The notes beneath the pieces were generated by a model that had not been told where the DNA came from, did not search any database, and saw nothing but the letters and a program-made list of their open reading frames with translations. From contig JBGASG010000004.1 in the NCBI GenBank assembly GCA_044229845.1, positions 320,001 to 384,000 of the forward strand: DNA of 64,000 nt. The letters are read 5' to 3'. Each line of letters starts with the position of its first letter. Position 1 is the stretch's first letter. The translations under genes and the position numbers were made by a program. This document shows, piece after piece, positions 30,823-37,716 of this stretch. The stretch is from Candidatus Obscuribacteraceae bacterium. Lineage in GTDB: Bacteria > Cyanobacteriota > Vampirovibrionia > Obscuribacterales > Obscuribacteraceae.

Positions 30823-32187
30823 CTATGGATGACTGTGCAAAACTGAAAACCACGGCAGCAGCACTGCATCAGTAAAGTGATACGAGGCGCGCGGTTTCAA
30901 AATGGTGTGGGGATTTTCTTTTATGTGTTTGTAGATGCCGTGGTGGCAGGCAAGAATTGCCTGTCCGCTGTCGTACGTTTCTTTCTGAACAGCGCCGGAC
31001 AGATACTCCGGTAGGGGCACCACCGGGATGTTGAGAATTGCCGACCGCGCCCGCAGAATGGGACGCAAAGCGGCATCCAAGCGTGACGCTCGTTCTGGCT
31101 CGGCAAGAAACGAGGACAGATGCGACATCAACTCAAATGCCAGGGCAGGCGTCGGCTTCTCGCGCTCGACAAACTCCGCCATCCGCTCCTGGAAGGAGCT
31201 TTCGGTCAATGACCAGGTTTCGTTCTGGCAGAAGTGGAGCGCATTCCAGAGCCAGCAGGATGTGAGGCGGTGATTGCCGTCGGACACGGTGTCGTATTCA
31301 TTTATGACAATCGGAGCAAACTTTGTCTGCCCGAGATTGAGCAGCTCTTCGAAAAGCCGGGTGTTCTCGCAGCGCTCAGTGAGCTGGATTTCTTTCAGGC
31401 GGCGCGAGAGCACGGTGACGAAGTTGCCATCAAACCAGGAAGCAAAGATCGAATCGCGTTGTTGTTGCATGGCCGAGAACGAAAGAAAGGCATCGATTTC
31501 GAACGCGGCCGCAGCCAACACATCGCGGCGGGTGAGCGCCGGAATCAGACTGACCAGCGAACGCAGTTGCGCAACGTGCAGATCAAATTGCCGCCCCTCG
31601 ACCGGCGCCGCATCCCAGCTGACGCGCACCAGATTTAAAGTCTCCAGTAATTTTTCCGCAGTGCCGGACACGCGAGCCGACCGCATAGACTGAACAATCG
31701 CATCGATCTGCTCTGCCCACTGCTGCGCACAGGAAACTTCGGCTTCGCTTGCGGGAAGGCATTGCGCTTCGACTTCGCACAATTCGGGAGCCGGCGCGTG
31801 GGTCCATGGCCAGCTCGCAGCCAAGTCGGACGAACAGCTGCCGGACAAGAGGACAGCCTGGCTCCAGCGAAATCGCGCGTCGCGCATCGCCATCGATTGC
31901 GCGAAAAATGAGGCACCGCGATCGCGGCTGATCGACTTGCGTCCGGGCGCGGGCACATATCGTCCCGGATAGATACCGGGAGGTTCAGCGCCTGCGACCA
32001 GCGCCTGCACACGTGCCTGAGCAAGCGAGTGAAGATCGCGCACGGTGCGTTTAAAAGAAAAGCCGCCATGAGCCAAGCGCCGCGGTCGAGCGATCTTGAC
32101 GCCTTTACGACGCTCATAATCGCCGACGTCGGGCCGCTGAAACCGGCGGTGTAGACGGTCAGGCACAGTGCTGGGGGTAGCTGTCAT
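30823..32187 (-). CDS. Hypothetical protein with a ParB/sulfiredoxin-like motif
   Basis: PIVINEYDTVSDGNHRL resembles the ParB/Srx P-I-x-V...DGxHR nucleotide-binding motif; first gene of the operon; start uncertain. Confidence 0.55.
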   Translation of the reverse strand: MTATPSTVPDRLHRRFQRPDVGDYERRKGVKIARPRRLAHGGFSFKRTVRDLHSLAQARVQALVAGAEPPGIYPGRYVPAPGRKSISRDRGASFFAQSMAMRDARFRWSQAVLLSGSCSSDLAASWPWTHAPAPELCEVEAQCLPASEAEVSCAQQWAEQIDAIVQSMRSARVSGTAEKLLETLNLVRVSWDAAPVEGRQFDLHVAQLRSLVSLIPALTRRDVLAAAAFEIDAFLSFSAMQQQRDSIFASWFDGNFVTVLSRRLKEIQLTERCENTRLFEELLNLGQTKFAPIVINEYDTVSDGNHRLTSCWLWNALHFCQNETWSLTESSFQERMAEFVEREKPTPALAFELMSHLSSFLAEPERASRLDAALRPILRARSAILNIPVVPLPEYLSGAVQKETYDSGQAILACHHGIYKHIKENPHTILKPRASYHFTDAVLLPWFSVLHSHP

Positions 32188-32207
32188 GCCCGCCAATTTA
32201 ACACGGA

Positions 32208-32226
32208 AATGAAAACCATTTTCATT
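32208..32226. promoter_or_regulatory. Fur-family (Fur/Zur/Nur-like) operator
   Basis: Perfect 8-3-8 inverted repeat AATGAAAA-CCA-TTTTCATT containing a 7-1-7 core TGAAAAC-C-ATTTTCA, about 20 bp upstream of the operon start. Confidence 0.7.
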
Positions 32227-32422
32227 CCTTGGAATTATCTAAATAGATCGCGGGAGGGGGCGGTCAGTTTATCCCCAGCCTCAGACTACGGGGAAGCTAT
32301 CCCCCCGGTGGGGTCCAGCCAAATCTGAATTGCCGGCAATACTTGCCGATGCCCAATCAATGAATATCCGGCTGCACTATTAGTGGTGGCAGCCAGTACA
32401 TCTGAGCTATAATTAAGGTGAG

Positions 32423-32761
32423 GTGAAGCGTGTGAGAGTTCCCAGACACCGCTGGCTGCCTATAGTCACGCTGCTTTTAGCGTGGCAGATACTGGCATGG
32501 CAACTTCCGCACTTCGCCAACTCCACTCCCAACTGCATCAAACAAATCCAGCAGCCGATTCTCACCGCCGCTGGACATGCAGCCTTTTCGCTGGCTGAAT
32601 CCAAGCCGAGCGACTTGAAAAACGGCGACGCCGGCAAATGGCTGGTCAGCAGCACTGCGGCATTCGCCCATCATCCGGAAATCGAGCATGTCTGTCATGC
32701 CGCCACTATCGCTTTCGGCATCACACGCATCTGGTTGATGCACCGCGCACTTCTGCTCTGA
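32423..32761 (+). CDS. Small protein with an N-terminal signal/TM segment and C-terminus RIWLMHRALLL (possible leader ORF)
   Basis: TATAAT at 32408-32413 and AAGGTGAGG just upstream; hydrophobic N-terminus. Confidence 0.5.
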   Translation: MKRVRVPRHRWLPIVTLLLAWQILAWQLPHFANSTPNCIKQIQQPILTAAGHAAFSLAESKPSDLKNGDAGKWLVSSTAAFAHHPEIEHVCHAATIAFGITRIWLMHRALLL

Positions 32762-32897
32762 CAACCGATACACGCAAGGTATCTGAAGGAATCCGAGACT
32801 ACACTTTGTTTGTGGCAGTTCCGGCGCCGCCATGCGCGGGCCGACGCAAGCAGCAAGGTGTGGCACCGCAGAGCAGCAGTGCAGACAGGAGCTGTCC

Positions 32898-33077
32898 ATG
32901 AGAAAACAGATGGCAAATCAAGGAAGAGCCACGTGGTTAGGCGTGGGCGCATTTCTGGTCATACTGTCCACGCTGTACTTCTTCACTCACGATGCGATCT
33001 TCAGCGGGGTGATTGGATTTGTGTTCGGCATCGGCATGTTCGATCTGACGCTTATCTTGAGCAACCCGGACTCCTGA
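32898..33077 (+). CDS. Small 2-TM membrane protein (59 aa)
   Basis: AGGAG RBS, two hydrophobic helices. Confidence 0.6.
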   Translation: MRKQMANQGRATWLGVGAFLVILSTLYFFTHDAIFSGVIGFVFGIGMFDLTLILSNPDS

Positions 33078-33132
33078 ACGAAACCCTGCGTCACGAAAGA
33101 CGTCGGAATCCCACAACAGAAGAGAATTGCTT

Positions 33133-35130
33133 ATGCACGAACTCGTGTTGATCCACGATTTGGTCGTAGTCTGGCTTGCGGCGCTCGTCGCCGGCGCTAT
33201 CTGCGTGCGCCTGAAGATGCCTCCGATCGCCGGTTATGTAATCGCCGGCATATTCGTGGGTCCTTTCGGCTTCAAGCTGGTGAGCGGCGCCGAGCAGGTG
33301 CACGTGCTGGCCGAGATTGGAGTTGCGCTTCTACTCTTCGCACTGGGTGTTGAAATTTCGCTGCGCAAAATATTGTCGGCCGCCAGAAAAGTCGTGGTGG
33401 CGGCCGCATTGCAAATCGCCATCACCGTGCTGGTGGCGGCGCTCATTAGCCTGGCAACGGGATTGGCTACTAAAGTCTTGCCGTCCATCGTGCTCGGTTT
33501 CATTTGCGCACTGTCCAGCACAGCCGTCGTCACCAAACTGCTTGTCGACCGCGGCGAAACCGAAACCGTTCACGCCCGCGTTCTCGTTCCGCTGCTTCTC
33601 ATGCAAGACCTCGTTTTGATTCCTGTGGTTGTCCTTTTGCCCGTCATCAAAGATCTGAGCGACGCCAGTTTCTTCCACATCGCTCACGCCTTCGGCAAAG
33701 CCGCTTTGCTGATTGCGTTTGTCGGCATCACTGCCACTTACTTCGTGCCGCGGCTGCTCAAAGCCGTGACGCGCACCAATTCTCGCGAACTGTTTCTTCT
33801 GACCATCATTTCGCTCTGCATGTCGGTGGCGCTGCTCAGCAATATGCTGGGCGTCTCCCTGGCACTGGGCGCATTCCTGGCCGGCATCATGATCAGCGAA
33901 CAGCCTTACGGCCATCAGGCTTTAGCAGACATCATGCCGGTCCGGGATCTTTTTGCGACAGTGTTTTTCGTATCGATCGGCATGCTGCTCGATCCGATGT
34001 TCGTCGTCCATCATCCTTTTATGGTGATTGCGTTCACCCTGATCTTGATCTTCGGCAAAGCCATCATTGGCGCGCTGGCCGCTTACTATGCCACGCGCAG
34101 CTGGTGGAGTTCCGTACTGGTGGGCGCCGGACTGGCACAGATGGGCGAATTCTCCTTTGTCCTGGCGACACTGGCCAACCAGCAAGCTCTGCTCAGCCCG
34201 GACGCCTACAACCTGTTTTTCGCAGGCGCGGTTGTGACTCTGGTGCTTTCGCCGCTGGTGATTGCCGCCACCCCCGAACTTCTGCCGCGCATTCCATATT
34301 TCAGGTTACTACGTCACGCCGGCCCGGAAAAAACCACCACCGCCGGACAGACCAAGATCAAAGATCACGTCATCCTGTGCGGCTATGGGCGCATGGGAAG
34401 AAACATCGCCCTCAGCCTGCAGGCATTCCAGCTGCCACTGGTGGTGGTCGAAACCCGCGGCGAGACTATTGAGGAACTGGGGCTGATGGGTATTCGCCAC
34501 ATCTATGGCGACGCCATGAGTCCGCACGTTCTGCTCAAAGCGGGTTTGAGTCAGGCGAAATGCGTTGTCGTCGCGGTTCCCGATCCGATCGTTGCGCTCA
34601 ACATCGTGGCGTTTGCACGCAAACAAAATGCCGGCGCCGTGATTATCGCGCGCATCAATAATCTCGAAAGCGCCGACGGTTTTGGTGAAGCGGGCGCCGA
34701 CGCCGTGATACAGCCCGAGCTGGAAGGCGGCATCGAAGCCACTCGTCTGGCGCTCACCGCTCTGGGCAGACCAGCGGAAGAAACTTTAGAGGCCGTGCGA
34801 GACATTCGCCGGCGCGAGCACCTGATCTTCGAAAAAGCGCTGCGCGATGCTGCCCCGCAGCCGCTCGAGAGTCAGGCGGGATCTTGGTTTGTCTACGACG
34901 CCGGCGAGGCGGAGAGTATTCAGGACATGGATATTCGCAAGCGCACCGGAGCTACAGTGCTGGCAATCAAGCGCGGACAAGCGCTCTCATCCCATCCAGA
35001 CCCGGCATTTCTCCTGCAGAAAGACGACCAGCTTTACGTAGCCGGCAAGGAAAATCAGCTTGAGAAGTTCCAGAGCACTTATCAGGTGCAACGCTTCTGT
35101 CCGATCACACCGGAAGCAGAAGCGATGTAG
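33133..35130 (+). CDS. CPA2 cation:proton antiporter with TrkA-N and TrkA-C (RCK) domains (Kef/YbaL-like)
   Basis: AEIGVALLLFALGVE, LSSTAVV, QD, GAFLAG, FFVSIG, GEFSFV; CGYGRMG; TGATVLAIKRG. Confidence 0.9.
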   Translation: MHELVLIHDLVVVWLAALVAGAICVRLKMPPIAGYVIAGIFVGPFGFKLVSGAEQVHVLAEIGVALLLFALGVEISLRKILSAARKVVVAAALQIAITVLVAALISLATGLATKVLPSIVLGFICALSSTAVVTKLLVDRGETETVHARVLVPLLLMQDLVLIPVVVLLPVIKDLSDASFFHIAHAFGKAALLIAFVGITATYFVPRLLKAVTRTNSRELFLLTIISLCMSVALLSNMLGVSLALGAFLAGIMISEQPYGHQALADIMPVRDLFATVFFVSIGMLLDPMFVVHHPFMVIAFTLILIFGKAIIGALAAYYATRSWWSSVLVGAGLAQMGEFSFVLATLANQQALLSPDAYNLFFAGAVVTLVLSPLVIAATPELLPRIPYFRLLRHAGPEKTTTAGQTKIKDHVILCGYGRMGRNIALSLQAFQLPLVVVETRGETIEELGLMGIRHIYGDAMSPHVLLKAGLSQAKCVVVAVPDPIVALNIVAFARKQNAGAVIIARINNLESADGFGEAGADAVIQPELEGGIEATRLALTALGRPAEETLEAVRDIRRREHLIFEKALRDAAPQPLESQAGSWFVYDAGEAESIQDMDIRKRTGATVLAIKRGQALSSHPDPAFLLQKDDQLYVAGKENQLEKFQSTYQVQRFCPITPEAEAM

Positions 35131-35151
35131 CCATGCGTTCGCAGTTTCTCC

Positions 35152-36195
35152 CTACCAGACTTGCTTGTCGCGCAGTTGCTTGTTGATGTCGCGCGACAGA
35201 TCCGACAGCTGTTGGTGGAGCACCCGCGACTGGTCATAGGTGAGCATGCCGCTGGAGTTGCTGCGCAAACGGGCTTCCAGATTGGCGATTTGCTGTTCTT
35301 TCGAAAGCAGCATATTGGCTTCGCTGGGTGTTAGCTTGCCGGACTTGATGCCTGAGTAGATACGCTGCTTGAGCAATGACTGTTGCTCGTTGACACCGTT
35401 GCCCTGACGCCATTTTTCCCAGTCGCGTCTCTTGCCGCGTCCGTGGCCGCCCCAGTTGGAAGCCGATGCGCGCGCACGCTGTTCGCCGCTGCTGATTGCC
35501 GTGCTGATTTGCGTTTCCAGCAAGTTGAGCTGGTTGAGAATCTCATTTTGTTCGTCGTAGGAGAGACGCCCATCGGCTGTCATTTGCGACTGCTTGATGC
35601 TGACTTGAGTCAACTGATTGCGCAGATTTGCCGATTCGCCTGGATTGAGATAACCGGAGACGACGCCTTGCTCGATGCGCGAGTCAAGTTCGGCGCGCTT
35701 TGCATCGAGGTGCGCAATTCGCTCTTGCTGCCGGCCGCCGCCGTTAGGTCCGCCGTATTTGCGGAACCAGTCGCCATGCCTGGCCGTGCCGGTGCCGACG
35801 GTGGTGGCGTTGGTCAAATATGTCTGCAGCTTCTGCGTCAACCGTGTTAACTCGTCCAGCAAATGCTGGGTTTCCATGTTGTCGAGCTGACCATCCATAA
35901 GATACTGACCTTCCAGTCCAGCAATCTGGTTGAGGTCAGCACGCAAGTCAGACTCTTCTTGCGGTGACAGTTGTCCTGATGTGACACCGGCTTGAATCTC
36001 TTGCTCCAACTGAGCTTGCCGGGTATTGATGTTGGTCTTGATGACATTTTGCGTGGCCGGGTTCACGGTCGATTTAGAAGCGCCGAGAAACGACCGCATC
36101 ATGCTTTCGAAGTCACCAGCCTGGGCTGCAAGCGGCGAACTAATCAAGCAGCAAAGCGACAACAAAATCGCTTTCTTACCGAATCCATTATTCAT
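35152..36195 (-). CDS. Secreted protein with three ~70-aa helical repeats
   Basis: Signal peptide ending AAQA; repeats I..G(V/I).SG.L.P.E...L...(D)G.L...(E/Q). Confidence 0.7.
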   Translation of the reverse strand: MNNGFGKKAILLSLCCLISSPLAAQAGDFESMMRSFLGASKSTVNPATQNVIKTNINTRQAQLEQEIQAGVTSGQLSPQEESDLRADLNQIAGLEGQYLMDGQLDNMETQHLLDELTRLTQKLQTYLTNATTVGTGTARHGDWFRKYGGPNGGGRQQERIAHLDAKRAELDSRIEQGVVSGYLNPGESANLRNQLTQVSIKQSQMTADGRLSYDEQNEILNQLNLLETQISTAISSGEQRARASASNWGGHGRGKRRDWEKWRQGNGVNEQQSLLKQRIYSGIKSGKLTPSEANMLLSKEQQIANLEARLRSNSSGMLTYDQSRVLHQQLSDLSRDINKQLRDKQVW

Positions 36196-36332
36196 ATGCA
36201 TATCCTTGATAAGCAGCATTCCGAGAGGCTTGCAATGTTACCAATATGCACGCGCTTTTTTATCTGTGCCACTGGCGGTATGTGGTTTACTTATGCGATT
36301 CAAATCCGCTCGATAGCCTTGAGGTGCACAAG

Positions 36333-36809
36333 ATGGTCAAAGCAATTCCAGACGGCGCCCATACTCTCACTCCCTATCTGATCTGCAGAGACGCAGGCAA
36401 GGCCATTGATTTCTATGTCAAGGCTTTCGGCGCCAAAGAAATCGATCGCATGCAGGGCGACGACGGCAAAATCATGCACTCGACCTTGCAAATCGGCAAC
36501 TCGCAATTGTATGTCGCGGATGAATGCCCCGAGTACGGCTTTGTCTCGCCGCTTGAATACAAAGGTTCTCCGGTCGGACTGCATCTTTATTTTGAAGATG
36601 TAGATCAAGCCTGGAATCGTGCCACCAAAGCTGGTGCGCAGATCAAAATGCCCCTCGCCGACATGTTCTGGGGCGACCGCTACGGCAAATTGACCGACCC
36701 GTTCGGTCATGAATGGTCACTGGCCACACACAAAGAAGATCTCACCGACGCGCAAATCAAAGAGCGCGGCGAGAAGTTCATGAAAGAATTTGCGGGCGCC
36801 AACAAATAA
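36333..36809 (+). CDS. VOC/glyoxalase family protein (PhnB-like)
   Basis: LTPYL, AIDFYVKAFGA, IMHSTL, DMFWGDRYG.L.DPFGHEW. Confidence 0.9.
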   Translation: MVKAIPDGAHTLTPYLICRDAGKAIDFYVKAFGAKEIDRMQGDDGKIMHSTLQIGNSQLYVADECPEYGFVSPLEYKGSPVGLHLYFEDVDQAWNRATKAGAQIKMPLADMFWGDRYGKLTDPFGHEWSLATHKEDLTDAQIKERGEKFMKEFAGANK

Positions 36810-36834
36810 TTGGCATTTGCAACCTGTGCAGTCG

Positions 36835-36866
36835 TGCGGGCGAGTTTTTCTCGCCCGCATTTTTTT
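36835..36866 (+). terminator. Intrinsic terminator
   Basis: TGCGGGCGAG-TTTTT-CTCGCCCGCA followed by T7. Confidence 0.85.
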
Positions 36867-36880
36867 GCACATTATTCAAA

Positions 36881-37597
36881 CTAGTTAGCCATAAACCAGA
36901 GGTCGCGCTTCGCTTCAACCAGTTGGTCGAACCACTCCAGCATCGACTCCATCAAATCAAGCGTCCACTCCGAGAAATCGATCTCGTTCAAGTGACCCTT
37001 TTTCGTTATGTCCTCGGCCCACTCGTGTTGTTTCTTTATGGCGGCGCGCAGCGCCTTCACCTCATCAAGACTGAGGTAGGCGTAATAGCTCCAGCCCGTG
37101 TCGATTGATTCACCGAACAGCGGCCGACCTTCAATCAGGTAATTCATCAGAGTCACGGTTTGTTCGTCGAATCGTTTCTCAAACGACTCCATAAATTCCC
37201 AGAAGCCGTTCATCTTCCAGACACTCGATTCCGTATCCAGCATGTCGGGCTGATCGAACTCCGCCAGCATCTTCGCAGCCAGCACGTGTGACATGTTTTC
37301 AACTTGCGTTCCTGCTAGCGGCACGCCTTCGAAAATCGCGGCGCGCACGTGATCTTTTGCCGAGTGCAGATTGGTTTCCTCGTCGTCATCACCGTCATCG
37401 AACTCCAACTCAGCGTCACCCTCATCTGATTCGGCATCCGCATCGGAGTCTGCATCATCGTCTTCATCGGACTCCAGCTCACCCAACATCTCTTCGAGAT
37501 CTTTGACAATCTTTTGAGCGGCCTTTTCGTTTTTGCTGCCGAACAAGGCAAACATCTTTGCTTTGTCGAACCCGTAGATTTCAGGTCGCAACGACAT
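36881..37597 (-). CDS. Acidic hypothetical protein
   Basis: GGAGG RBS; D/E-rich tract; globular-looking C-terminus. Confidence 0.7.
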   Translation of the reverse strand: MSLRPEIYGFDKAKMFALFGSKNEKAAQKIVKDLEEMLGELESDEDDDADSDADAESDEGDAELEFDDGDDDEETNLHSAKDHVRAAIFEGVPLAGTQVENMSHVLAAKMLAEFDQPDMLDTESSVWKMNGFWEFMESFEKRFDEQTVTLMNYLIEGRPLFGESIDTGWSYYAYLSLDEVKALRAAIKKQHEWAEDITKKGHLNEIDFSEWTLDLMESMLEWFDQLVEAKRDLWFMAN

Positions 37598-37716
37598 GCT
37601 GGTCACCTCCTGTCAGAGGTCAAGATTATATGGCTGTAGAGGTGCGCCAGCGGGCAAACTATAAGTGATTTTGCAATACAAACATATGCTAAACTGCATC
37701 CTTGAAAGCCAAGCCA

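Noticed and set aside
25701..30823. DNA phosphorothioation (dnd/ssp) or Fe-S assembly (suf) interpretation of the desulfurase plus ATPase
   Set aside because: No DndC/PAPS-reductase, DndD SMC-like ATPase, SufBCD or SufE/U genes; the neighbours are small-molecule enzymes.
32230..32900. GC-rich hairpins upstream of the K+/H+ antiporter as a possible c-di-AMP or other riboswitch
   Set aside because: I could not find the conserved ydaO/c-di-AMP, cobalamin or other aptamer motifs on either strand.
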